DNA of 44,007 bases from a virus. Below, piece after piece: positions 1 to 7,370 of this stretch. Position 1 is the first letter of the stretch. The number at the start of each line of letters is the position of its first letter. A program made the position numbers and the translations under genes. The stretch covers positions 1 to 44,007 of the IMG/VR virus record IMGVR_UViG_3300031578_000106; one strand, given 5' to 3'. Under the pieces are notes generated by a model. It was given only the letters and a program-made list of their open reading frames with translations. It was not told the DNA's origin and did no database searches.

Positions 1-127
1 AGTTTATGACAACTTCCGATGCGGGACTTGGTGGTGATGTCGTATTTAGTCCTGATGGGAAGCCTTTATTTATTTACGATAATGTCAGTGGAACTTGGAA
101 AATATTAGTAAAATGAAAACGATGAAA
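1..127. repeat. Terminal overlap, identical to 43881-44007 (circular closure)
   Basis: Both ends read agtttatgacaacttccgat...aaaatgaaaacgatgaaa. Bases 3-116 re-encode the last 37 codons plus stop of CDS 42209..43996. Confidence 0.95.
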
Positions 128-550
128 ATTTCTCTGATTCTTTTAATAGCAACCTTTGCCGTTGCCTGCGGGCAGAAGGCTGATGATACCTTTGATAAAG
201 TCATAACTTTCAACTATGGCTTCAGGTTCAGTCCGACAGGGCAAATTTATACCTCACTGCCCTCTATTGGTGCAACATATTGGAATGATGTTCTTAGCAA
301 GCCGTTGAACTTCCCGCCCATTGCACACACGCACGACTATACTACCGACTTGACGAAATTGCCGGGTACGATAGAATTAGCGGAAGCCATTGAACAGTTG
401 GGATATTTACCTATCCCGGGCAAAACAACAGCAGAGATCAACGCTATTGTGGTTTCTGCGGGCAAAAGTGGGATAGTGAAAGACGCAACGCTTGATTGTT
501 ATAAAGTTTGGTCAAATGGTGCGTGGAGGATAATTCCAACGACAAATTAA
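113..550 (+). CDS. Lipoprotein-like protein with a fiber-like C-terminus
   Basis: The ATG at 113 overlaps the upstream TGA (ATGA). N-terminus MKTMKISLILLIATFAVAC has a lipobox-like Cys. The HTHDY and C-terminal NGAWRII motifs resemble the fiber protein at 39602..40561. The ORF track starts at a TTG at 95. Confidence 0.6.
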   Translation: MKTMKISLILLIATFAVACGQKADDTFDKVITFNYGFRFSPTGQIYTSLPSIGATYWNDVLSKPLNFPPIAHTHDYTTDLTKLPGTIELAEAIEQLGYLPIPGKTTAEINAIVVSAGKSGIVKDATLDCYKVWSNGAWRIIPTTN

Positions 551-589
551 ATGGTTAATTACTATAATCAATGACATAACAATATCAAT

Positions 590-787
590 ATGATCTACAA
601 AGCAATCTTCACAACCGAATCCTTACCCGTGCTGGGTAGTATAATAGGAGCACTGTCACAGATAAGTAAATTCATACCCGAATGGAGTGCAGTAACTTCG
701 CTGATAATACTAACTATCGTGGGCACCCTGACTGGTTATGGACTCAAATTGTTATTGGATTGGCTATTTTCAAAAATTAAGAAGTGA
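590..787 (+). CDS. Small membrane protein, holin candidate
   Basis: 65 aa with two hydrophobic segments and a basic C-terminus (SKIKK). Overlaps the start of the downstream wall-enzyme gene. Confidence 0.5.
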   Translation: MIYKAIFTTESLPVLGSIIGALSQISKFIPEWSAVTSLIILTIVGTLTGYGLKLLLDWLFSKIKK

Positions 788-1221
788 TGATAAATCTTAA
801 TTTGGAGCGGAAATATTTTAAAGATACTTATACGATAGGCAGGTTAATGCTCGAAGGGAAATATTTCTGTGATACACTTGAGGACAAGGACATGGACTTG
901 AATAAAGATGGAGATTTAGCCGATGAAGGGGAAGGAAAAGTATTTGGAGAAACAGCCATCCCATATGGGAGATACCATATTAAGGTAACATATAGTTCTA
1001 AATTCAAAAGATTATTACCTTTGATCCTTGATGTATGGGGATTTGTCGGGATCAGGATCCATCGGGGACGTTATCCGATTCATACTTCGGGTTGTGTGCT
1101 GGTAGGTGAAAATAAGATCAAAGGAGGCCTGATTGATTCGGCAAGTTACGAAGAACGACTAACGAAAATACTGCATAACTTTCAACTTAAAGGAGAGGAT
1201 ATTTATATAAATATAATTTGA
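784..1221 (+). CDS. DUF5675-like protein with a YkuD-like His/Cys motif; putative peptidoglycan-acting enzyme (endolysin candidate)
   Basis: The motif GIRIHRGRYPIHTSGCVLVG resembles the L,D-transpeptidase-fold signature H...S/T-G-C. Sits next to holin-like ORFs. Confidence 0.5.
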   Translation: MMINLNLERKYFKDTYTIGRLMLEGKYFCDTLEDKDMDLNKDGDLADEGEGKVFGETAIPYGRYHIKVTYSSKFKRLLPLILDVWGFVGIRIHRGRYPIHTSGCVLVGENKIKGGLIDSASYEERLTKILHNFQLKGEDIYINII

Positions 1222-1222
1222 A

Positions 1223-1420
1223 ATGACACAAGCGAATTATATGCAGATATTAAAACAAAGTCATGAAGAAAAAATGGCAATGTTCATGAAATGCACTAAA
1301 AAGAAACTTGCAGAAATGCTTATTACTTGCAATGATCTTCTTGATAAAAAATTGTTGAATGTTCAATATATTGAGGATAGATCAGCCGAAATAACCTTTA
1401 ATGATGGTTTGGACGATTAA
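1223..1420 (+). CDS. Hypothetical protein
   Basis: ATG ORF of 65 aa, tightly packed on the + strand. Confidence 0.55.
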   Translation: MTQANYMQILKQSHEEKMAMFMKCTKKKLAEMLITCNDLLDKKLLNVQYIEDRSAEITFNDGLDD

Positions 1421-1432
1421 AAAAATAAGGAG

Positions 1433-1579
1433 ATGAAATGTTCAGAAGTTTATAAGTGGTATATGCGTTACAAGTCGGTAAAAACCTTTGTGTTAAAAAT
1501 AATAAGTTCATTCTGGTTTTGGTTAGCAATAATTTGTTTACTTTTACTTTTTGGTATCTTTGGATTAAAATATTTGTAA
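1433..1579 (+). CDS. Small membrane protein (48 aa; not in the ORF track)
   Basis: Hand translation: MKCSEVYKWYMRYKSVKTFVLKIISSFWFWLAIICLLLLFGIFGLKYL. Has a C-terminal TM segment, aaggag 5 nt upstream, and a stop 1 nt before the caspase-like gene. Confidence 0.5.
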   Translation: MKCSEVYKWYMRYKSVKTFVLKIISSFWFWLAIICLLLLFGIFGLKYL

Positions 1580-1580
1580 G

Positions 1581-2363
1581 ATGTGCTGGAAGAAGATTCT
1601 CGATTGCTTTAAACCTGATCCCGTTGTCCCGATAACAGGCAATAAAGTTGCTTTGCTGTTTGCCATTGATGATTATTATGGAACGCAAAATGATTTACCT
1701 GATTGTGTTCTGGACCAAACTCATGTTGCAGACTTTATTGCTAAAAACTATCCTGAATTTATAGTTAAGAAATTCAAAAACTCAGAGGTTACAAGAAACA
1801 ATTTCAAGAGTGCTATTGTAGCACAGTTGGCAACTATGCAATTAGGAGACATCTTGCTTATCTATTATAGTGGACACGGGACGAATGGTCCTGATGCAAG
1901 CGAGCCTGATGGTTATAGGGAAGGACTTTATTTATATGATGGTACTTTCTGGGATGATGAATTTACAACTATCCTACAAAACATTTCAGCAGAGGAAAAG
2001 GTCATTATTGTTCTTGATAGTTGTTTTGCTCAAGGGTCAACTACTCCGAAGAATAGTAAGTTAAGAAAGCCGAGGTTTGTTCATACTCAGGAGATAAGAA
2101 AGAGTGCGAAAAGACTCAAGACTATCCTTAAATCAGATACAATGGATTATATTGTATTTGCAGCCTGTCAGGAGAATCAGACATCTTCAAGTACTGGAAG
2201 AGGGGGCGTATTTACATTGCATTGGGTTGAGGCATGGAGAAGGCACTATACATATCGCCAATGGAATTATATGACAACACAATTACTGAGAGATGATAAT
2301 GAAACACAGATACCAAATATTGAAGGTGATGAAAATTTGATGGAACAAATAGTATTAACCTAA
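1581..2363 (+). CDS. Caspase-like (peptidase C14 / orthocaspase-like) cysteine protease
   Basis: His-Cys dyad in the expected contexts: LLIYYSGHGT and IIVLDSCFAQG (metacaspase-type D-S/A-C-x-x-G). Confidence 0.65.
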   Translation: MCWKKILDCFKPDPVVPITGNKVALLFAIDDYYGTQNDLPDCVLDQTHVADFIAKNYPEFIVKKFKNSEVTRNNFKSAIVAQLATMQLGDILLIYYSGHGTNGPDASEPDGYREGLYLYDGTFWDDEFTTILQNISAEEKVIIVLDSCFAQGSTTPKNSKLRKPRFVHTQEIRKSAKRLKTILKSDTMDYIVFAACQENQTSSSTGRGGVFTLHWVEAWRRHYTYRQWNYMTTQLLRDDNETQIPNIEGDENLMEQIVLT

Positions 2364-2375
2364 AAATTAAAGAAA

Positions 2376-2588
2376 ATGAGTGCATTAAAAAACCTTTACA
2401 ATCGGAATATTCCTACAAGGAACTTGATCTCCACAATTACAGGCGCAGTTGTACTTGTAATATCGGGGTTCTCTTTATTTGGTATTCTTACAGCGGAACA
2501 GGCTGCAAGTCTTACTCAATATGCAACAGCTATTGTTACAGCAGTTGCAGGAATAATTGGTTTATTTTATGTAGTTGATCCAGCATGA
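2376..2588 (+). CDS. Small membrane protein (second holin-like candidate)
   Basis: 70 aa with two hydrophobic helices (ITGAVVLVISGFSLFGIL and AIVTAVAGIIGLFYVV). Confidence 0.5.
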   Translation: MSALKNLYNRNIPTRNLISTITGAVVLVISGFSLFGILTAEQAASLTQYATAIVTAVAGIIGLFYVVDPA

Positions 2589-3037
2589 AAAAGCTATTAA
2601 TCATTTTGTTTCTGGCAATAGGATTGTCAGGAATGGCGCAAAAGCCTTTAAAGGCGTTTTTAAGCCCTGTGCCGAATGACCTCTTTAATACGATACAAAC
2701 TATTGACAGGGATATTACAGTTGATCAGAGGTCGTCTGTGTGGCTTCTAAGGCCATCTTTTACAATTACCGCAGTACAGTGGAACTGGGATAAGGTTGCA
2801 AAGCAATTTAATGCAACGGCTTTTCAGAGTGCAGGAATTGGAATTGGATGGAATCACTACACAGAAGTTAATGGGTTGCCTTTTAATAACTATGGTGTAA
2901 ATGCGCTTTTGTTACTTGGTACTGATATTTCAGCCGGGATAACATTTAGCGGATTAGGTATTTTCAATTTCGGTGTAGTTTATAATTTCAATCTCAAACA
3001 GCCGGGATTGCTTACAGGAATACAGATTAAATTTTAA
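2585..3037 (+). CDS. Secreted small beta-barrel/OMP-like protein
   Basis: Signal peptide MKKLLIILFLAIGLSGMAQ, alternating hydrophobic/Gly-rich C-terminal strands, and a terminal Phe (IQIKF) typical of outer-membrane barrels. Confidence 0.5.
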   Translation: MKKLLIILFLAIGLSGMAQKPLKAFLSPVPNDLFNTIQTIDRDITVDQRSSVWLLRPSFTITAVQWNWDKVAKQFNATAFQSAGIGIGWNHYTEVNGLPFNNYGVNALLLLGTDISAGITFSGLGIFNFGVVYNFNLKQPGLLTGIQIKF

Positions 3038-3068
3038 GTTTTTTTCATGGTTGGTTAGTTTAGGGTTA

Positions 3069-3098
3069 GGGGCAGGCGTGGTTCCCTGCTCCTTTTTT
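3069..3098 (+). terminator. Intrinsic terminator after the lysis/surface cluster
   Basis: Stem ggggcagg (3069-3076) pairs with cctgctcc (3085-3092; one G-U), followed by T6. Confidence 0.7.
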
Positions 3099-3099
3099 A

Positions 3100-3130
3100 T
3101 TTGTTTATATCAAAATAGTTATTATCTTTG
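3100..3130 (+). promoter_or_regulatory. Bacteroidota-type promoter (TTTG-N19-TATCTTTG)
   Basis: TTTG at 3100-3103 and TATCTTTG at 3123-3130. The first 17 nt (tatttgtttatatcaaa) are identical to the promoter at 33541. Confidence 0.7.
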
Positions 3131-3136
3131 TCATTG

Positions 3137-3226
3137 AATATAATATTCTGTGTCGGCAGAAGGAATAACGATTTAAAACCTACCGGGGAGTAAGAGCCGA
3201 CACTCTGAAACTCGGTAGGTATTTTT
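3137..3226 (+). promoter_or_regulatory. Structured 5' leader with interleaved helices and a terminator-like 3' hairpin, upstream of the HNH gene
   Basis: Helix A: gtgtcggc 3150-3157 with gccgacac 3196-3203. Helix B: acctaccg 3178-3185 with cggtaggt 3213-3220, followed by attttt. The order a-b-a'-b' implies a pseudoknot or alternative folds. Confidence 0.45.
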
Positions 3227-3229
3227 ATT

Positions 3230-3517
3230 ATGAATAAGATTATTTATATGGATATTGAATTTAAAATACCTATTTATCCGAGCAAAAATCATGCTTATCA
3301 TGGATATTATTGTGCCGACAAAATAAATACTGCTTTTAGATTGAATAAAATTAAAAAACAACCATGCGAGATTTGTGGTAGTCTTGAACATATCGAAAAA
3401 CATCACGAAGATTATAATAATCCATTAGATATAAGGTGGTTGTGTCGGGTACATCATTTGGATTTACACAAACTATTTAGACATATCAACAAACAACCTT
3501 GTTTAGAATTATTCTAA
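3230..3517 (+). CDS. HNH endonuclease
   Basis: CEICGS...HIEKHHEDYNNPLDIRWLCRVHHLDLH is a classic phage HNH motif. Confidence 0.85.
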   Translation: MNKIIYMDIEFKIPIYPSKNHAYHGYYCADKINTAFRLNKIKKQPCEICGSLEHIEKHHEDYNNPLDIRWLCRVHHLDLHKLFRHINKQPCLELF

Positions 3518-3604
3518 ATTAAGGAGGATATTAAAAATAATTGATAAAATGTATTAAGAATATTAACAATACTATTTATATTTACAATATCAAAAATTAT
3601 AATT

Positions 3605-3769
3605 ATGGCAGATGAAGTTGGATTAGTAGTTAAGGTTCCGAAAGACTTTGATATAAAGTTGAGAACATATTTGCTCGAATTAGAGCGAATGGGAATTAAA
3701 AAAACACGTGCAGAAATGGTAATTAAGCTTGCTATCATTGGTTTTAATACGGAAGTGAGGGACGTATGA
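3605..3769 (+). CDS. Ribbon-helix-helix (CopG/Arc-like) DNA-binding protein (54 aa; not in the ORF track)
   Basis: Hand translation: MADEVGLVVKVPKDFDIKLRTYLLELERMGIKKTRAEMVIKLAIIGFNTEVRDV, a beta-strand followed by two helices. The stop overlaps the next ATG (ATGA). Confidence 0.55.
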   Translation: MADEVGLVVKVPKDFDIKLRTYLLELERMGIKKTRAEMVIKLAIIGFNTEVRDV

Positions 3770-3948
3770 AAACAAGTAGATTTATGGGAATGTTCGGAGC
3801 TTTACTATTAGCTTCATTAAATCCAAATACTGATGGTCCTAAATTCAGGGGGTCTAATTTTACTGTTGGTAGCTATAACCCTATATTTTTCCCAAAGCGG
3901 AAAAAGTTAAAGGGATGGATGAGAGAAAACAGACGTTTCAAACATTGA
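3766..3948 (+). CDS. Hypothetical protein
   Basis: ATG ORF of 60 aa, translationally coupled to the RHH gene. Confidence 0.5.
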   Translation: MKTSRFMGMFGALLLASLNPNTDGPKFRGSNFTVGSYNPIFFPKRKKLKGWMRENRRFKH

Positions 3949-4299
3949 TAATATAAAAAGGGTGGAGATAGCATCAAAGCCTTCGATTGCTAAAAATAGT
4001 TCTTTGAAAAGATAGTTGCTGTGGCGAAAATCGAGACGCAAATACTGTGAGCAGAAGGTGAACTGCGATATTATTGATCTCAAGAGGACAAATATCAAGA
4101 TTAAACAAAACTATCCGGGTAGGCTACTTGCAGGGCAGATAAGCCGAGTAAACTGGGATGTCTTTTACCGGTGGGTGTCAACAAACCGTTGCAGGTGTAG
4201 CCAAGTACAAGCCAATCCTGCCAGCAACTATTCTTTTAATCTAATTAACTGATTATGAATTTGAATTTTATATTTTATCCTTCATCAAATATTGAAATA

Positions 4300-4419
4300 A
4301 TGAAAAAATTACTAATAATATGGATCATCATTGCCACCCTTGCGATTGCTGTTGTGGGTGCAGTGTTAGCTGTGAGGATCGAGAACAAAAATCTAATCAT
4401 AAATAAACTTAATAAATAA
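4300..4419 (+). CDS. Small single-pass membrane protein (39 aa; not in the ORF track)
   Basis: Hand translation: MKKLLIIWIIIATLAIAVVGAVLAVRIENKNLIINKLNK. Confidence 0.45.
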   Translation: MKKLLIIWIIIATLAIAVVGAVLAVRIENKNLIINKLNK

Positions 4420-4422
4420 CCA

Positions 4423-4542
4423 ATGGAAACCGCATTAATAATATTGGGAATAGGCATCCTATTGTATGTAGGATTATGGAATCATTCAAAGTCAATTGAC
4501 AGACTTGCAGATATTTTAGAAAAATATCTTAAAACCAAATAA
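4423..4542 (+). CDS. Small membrane protein (39 aa; not in the ORF track)
   Basis: Hand translation: METALIILGIGILLYVGLWNHSKSIDRLADILEKYLKTK. Preceded by ataaccaATG. Confidence 0.45.
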   Translation: METALIILGIGILLYVGLWNHSKSIDRLADILEKYLKTK

Positions 4543-4545
4543 CTA

Positions 4546-4773
4546 ATGAGCATTAATTACAGTTACGGTAATAAAGGGATAACATCCTGCACTTTCTGCA
4601 ATGAAGAGTTGACGTGGGAGCATCCTGGTAAGATTGCGAAACGTGTGAGGGGCGACAAGATTTACAAAGAGACTATCTGTGATAAGTGCCTTATTGAATC
4701 TGATGAGTTTTATGAAGCTTATGTGGAAGATTGCGAGTTGAATGATTACCCGAATGATTACGATATAATTTAA
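4546..4773 (+). CDS. Hypothetical Cys-pair (zinc-ribbon-like) protein
   Basis: CTFC...CDKC pairs, 75 aa. Confidence 0.55.
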   Translation: MSINYSYGNKGITSCTFCNEELTWEHPGKIAKRVRGDKIYKETICDKCLIESDEFYEAYVEDCELNDYPNDYDII

Positions 4774-4778
4774 AACTA

Positions 4779-5057
4779 ATGGAAACAAAAGACAAGTTAA
4801 TTGAAAAACTGAAAGAGATATTTAATTATCTTAATGATAGAGCAAATACAGTAACTCTAAACTGGAGTTATTATATTGATTTACGAAAAGAGATTGCCGC
4901 TCTTGACAAGCAGGTTGAGGAGGAAAAACTGATACTTCATGACTGGCAACATTTACCTGAAGGAAAATATAAAGACAATTCAGAATGGCATATTCCAAAT
5001 AAAGATGACATGAAGCAGGTTGAGGAACAGAAATCAAAACCAATTAAAACCAAATAA
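4779..5057 (+). CDS. Hypothetical coiled-coil protein, paralog of 15163..15573
   Basis: Shares KDKLIEKLKE and EIAALDKQVEE with 15163..15573, with near-identical nucleotide stretches. Confidence 0.6.
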   Translation: METKDKLIEKLKEIFNYLNDRANTVTLNWSYYIDLRKEIAALDKQVEEEKLILHDWQHLPEGKYKDNSEWHIPNKDDMKQVEEQKSKPIKTK

Positions 5058-5058
5058 A

Positions 5059-5232
5059 ATGAAAAAACTATTATTATTTCTCGTTTTACTGCTAATTTGT
5101 AGCGGTTGTGCATACCAGCGTTACCATGCGCAGAACTTCAAACCTGACCGGAAGGACAATAAAGTCAGGGATTGCAGCGTTTACGACAATGCCGATACTA
5201 TGAAAGATCATTATAAGAAAAGAAACCAATGA
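5059..5232 (+). CDS. Small lipoprotein
   Basis: MKKLLLFLVLLLICSGCAY has a lipobox. The start is moved to the ATG at 5059, in frame with track ORF 5020..5232. Confidence 0.55.
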   Translation: MKKLLLFLVLLLICSGCAYQRYHAQNFKPDRKDNKVRDCSVYDNADTMKDHYKKRNQ

Positions 5233-5444
5233 AACTTGAATTAAAAAAAGAAAAGAAATTAAAAGATATTCCACTTGGAAGCCTTTTCTTATTTAATGGC
5301 ACTGTTGGATTGAAAACGGAATATCGTACAAATGGGAAATGTGATGCGTATATTGTCGGTTCTGGTGAATATTTTTGGGGAGGAACTGATAATGCAATTG
5401 ACAGAGAAAACTTGAATGTTTTTGAAATTAAGATTAAAAAATAA
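5229..5444 (+). CDS. Hypothetical protein
   Basis: ATG ORF of 71 aa with a start/stop overlap. Confidence 0.55.
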   Translation: MKLELKKEKKLKDIPLGSLFLFNGTVGLKTEYRTNGKCDAYIVGSGEYFWGGTDNAIDRENLNVFEIKIKK

Positions 5445-5447
5445 CCA

Positions 5448-5777
5448 ATGACAACAGACGAAAGATTAGAAAGAATGAAAAAAGTTATTGATTCCTGGTC
5501 GAGGGATCCGGAACTTAACAAATTAAGTCAATGGCTGGCACCGACACTTGAACAACTTGGCGAGTTGCAGGAACGGTTAGGCAGAAGGATACAATCAGGT
5601 ATCATGGAAGATCTGATGCGTGCTAATACCTTACAGAAAGTGGATACTATTGTTGTTGAAAACGTCTGGTATTTTGAAAGGTGGCCGGTGCTTATACGAT
5701 TCGCTGCAAGGGCACGAAACAGGATTGAAAGAGTTAATAATTTAAAATTGGCATCGTGGAAAAATCAAATGAATTAA
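5448..5777 (+). CDS. Hypothetical protein
   Basis: ATG ORF of 109 aa, preceded by ataaccaATG. Confidence 0.6.
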   Translation: MTTDERLERMKKVIDSWSRDPELNKLSQWLAPTLEQLGELQERLGRRIQSGIMEDLMRANTLQKVDTIVVENVWYFERWPVLIRFAARARNRIERVNNLKLASWKNQMN

Positions 5778-5778
5778 C

Positions 5779-6207
5779 ATGAATGATCTATATGACTATA
5801 TTGAATATGTCCTTTGTGCTGGTGAGGGAGTTTCTCCTGAAGAGTTGCAGACAAAAACCAGGAAAGCCGAAGTTCTCTTTACCCGGCAGCTAATAATGTA
5901 CTTTGCAGATGAATTCGCAATTGGTACTTATGAAATGATCGCTTCCAGATATGGACAGGATCATGCTACACTCAACAATACGAAAAAAGTAATTAATAAC
6001 TACATTGATACTGACAAATTCAAAAGAGGTAAAATATCCTATTACAGAGGTGTTTTATGTGGAGTGCAAAAGGTATCTCGGAAAATTGATGCTTTGCTTG
6101 CAATGTTTAGTGTTCTTGATAAGGAGCTTGCAGGACTTGAACAGAGGTATTTGAATTTACAGATCCTTGTTGAGAATCTTAAGACTGAATTAATAGAATT
6201 GAAATAA
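5779..6207 (+). CDS. DnaA C-terminal (domain IV) HTH-like DNA-binding protein
   Basis: EVLFTRQLIMYFADEFAIGTYEMIASRYGQDHATLNNTKKVINNYIDTD parallels DnaA domain IV (RQIAMYL...IG..FG.DHTTV.HA..KI). No AAA+ domain is present. Confidence 0.5.
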   Translation: MNDLYDYIEYVLCAGEGVSPEELQTKTRKAEVLFTRQLIMYFADEFAIGTYEMIASRYGQDHATLNNTKKVINNYIDTDKFKRGKISYYRGVLCGVQKVSRKIDALLAMFSVLDKELAGLEQRYLNLQILVENLKTELIELK

Positions 6208-6255
6208 TGACCGTATTGACAATAAGGTAAAGCATTTGAAATAAACTTAAACCAA

Positions 6256-6522
6256 ATGGATCAAAAAGAAATGATTGAAAAAGTTGCTGCCGGTTTGCGG
6301 CGAATGGGTAAAAAACCGGATTATTTATTGTTTTTTAAATTATACAGGAATGATGAATCAGTTTGGGACAATGAGGAAATCTGTGGAATAAAGGTAATTC
6401 ATACGGACGAATGGCTTTCAAGAAATGATGATAAAGATTGTCCTTTTTACCCCTGCTGGAAACAAGAAGGTGAATATTCTAATGAGGTTTATGATTTCCG
6501 CAGAGGATACGATGAGGCTTAA
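6256..6522 (+). CDS. Hypothetical protein
   Basis: ATG ORF of 88 aa. Confidence 0.55.
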   Translation: MDQKEMIEKVAAGLRRMGKKPDYLLFFKLYRNDESVWDNEEICGIKVIHTDEWLSRNDDKDCPFYPCWKQEGEYSNEVYDFRRGYDEA

Positions 6523-6560
6523 AAAAATAAACAATCAAACTACCATTAAAAGACAAAAAG

Positions 6561-6875
6561 ATGAGAAGCTATATTTATAAAAAAACAGAATTTGATCCTT
6601 TGGCCCGGACACACTATTGTCTTTATACCGTTGGATTTTACGATATTGATGGCGGGTGGCAACCAGAATCGGATCATGATACTGCGGAACTGGCAGCGGA
6701 AAGAACAGCCTGGCTGAATGGTGTGAATCAAATTACAAAACTCACCGCAGCAGCACCGGATTTGCTTGAAGTTTTAACTGAACTCTTTAATTTACTTGAA
6801 GAAAATGAGCCACAATGGTATTTAAAAAGTCATTATAATCATGCAATTAAAGCAATTAAAAAAGCAACATTATGA
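6561..6875 (+). CDS. Hypothetical protein
   Basis: ATG ORF of 104 aa. Confidence 0.55.
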   Translation: MRSYIYKKTEFDPLARTHYCLYTVGFYDIDGGWQPESDHDTAELAAERTAWLNGVNQITKLTAAAPDLLEVLTELFNLLEENEPQWYLKSHYNHAIKAIKKATL

Positions 6876-7108
6876 AAATTACAAAAACGTATAACTGGAA
6901 TCGCAGGGATTTTTCTTATGATGCAAGATGTGAACATTGCGGAAATGAAGAAAAATACACAGGCGGTTATGATGACGACCGTTATTACAATTGGGTAATG
7001 CCGGCCTTAAGATGTAGAAAATGCTGTGAAAGCACTAATTCCAAACCATTGAAGGATGTGCTCAACACCGTTACTATCCCCAGGTATGATCCGGATATTG
7101 AAATGTAA
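6872..7108 (+). CDS. Hypothetical Cys-pair (zinc-finger-like) protein
   Basis: CEHCGN...CRKCC pairs, with a start/stop overlap. Confidence 0.55.
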   Translation: MKITKTYNWNRRDFSYDARCEHCGNEEKYTGGYDDDRYYNWVMPALRCRKCCESTNSKPLKDVLNTVTIPRYDPDIEM

Positions 7109-7112
7109 CTAA

Positions 7113-7370
7113 TTGTTAATAACATTCGTTCTTTGTTTTATTGTTATTCAAAAGATGTTTGTATATTGCACTCGGTTTGTAAGGGATATAATACAAATGA
7201 TGCAATTACAAGGTATAAGACTCTATGATCCGGCGAATACTTCCGCCGAGAGGCTGTCGTTTGTAATCCCTTACACGCCGGACATAGGGTTTTTACATAG
7301 TTTTTCCCAGCCTGTGATTATATTGACAGGGAATCCAAAACGGAGCAGGATAAGAAGTCTGGTGAGATAA
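7113..7370 (+). CDS. Doubtful ORF in a locally GC-richer, helix-rich gap
   Basis: TTG start (first in-frame ATG at 7155), no motif, and followed by 190 nt of non-coding sequence. See the finding for 7109-7560. Confidence 0.2.
   Translation: MLITFVLCFIVIQKMFVYCTRFVRDIIQMMQLQGIRLYDPANTSAERLSFVIPYTPDIGFLHSFSQPVIILTGNPKRSRIRSLVR

Noticed and set aside
1398-1688. Minus-strand and nested alternative-frame ORFs from the track (for example 1398..1688-, 1870..2064+, 3173..3406-, 3514..3738-, 9741..9971+, 15979..16218+, 26908..27285-, 37919..38305-).
   Set aside because: They overlap stronger + strand genes or regulatory elements, have low-complexity or odd compositions, and break the uniform + strand, tightly coupled gene organisation.
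3521-3527. Strong Shine-Dalgarno-like aaggagg after the HNH gene.
   Set aside because: The nearest downstream ATG opens only a 2-codon frame, and most genes in this genome lack SD sequences.
4016-4252. 78-aa TTG-start ORF as a gene.
   Set aside because: It has no ATG, an unusual Arg/Cys/Trp-rich sequence and no coupling to neighbours. The region is reported as a possible RNA element instead.
4700-4707. Hammerhead core-like CTGATGAG.
   Set aside because: It lies inside CDS 4546..4773, with no flanking helices or a correctly placed GAAA box.
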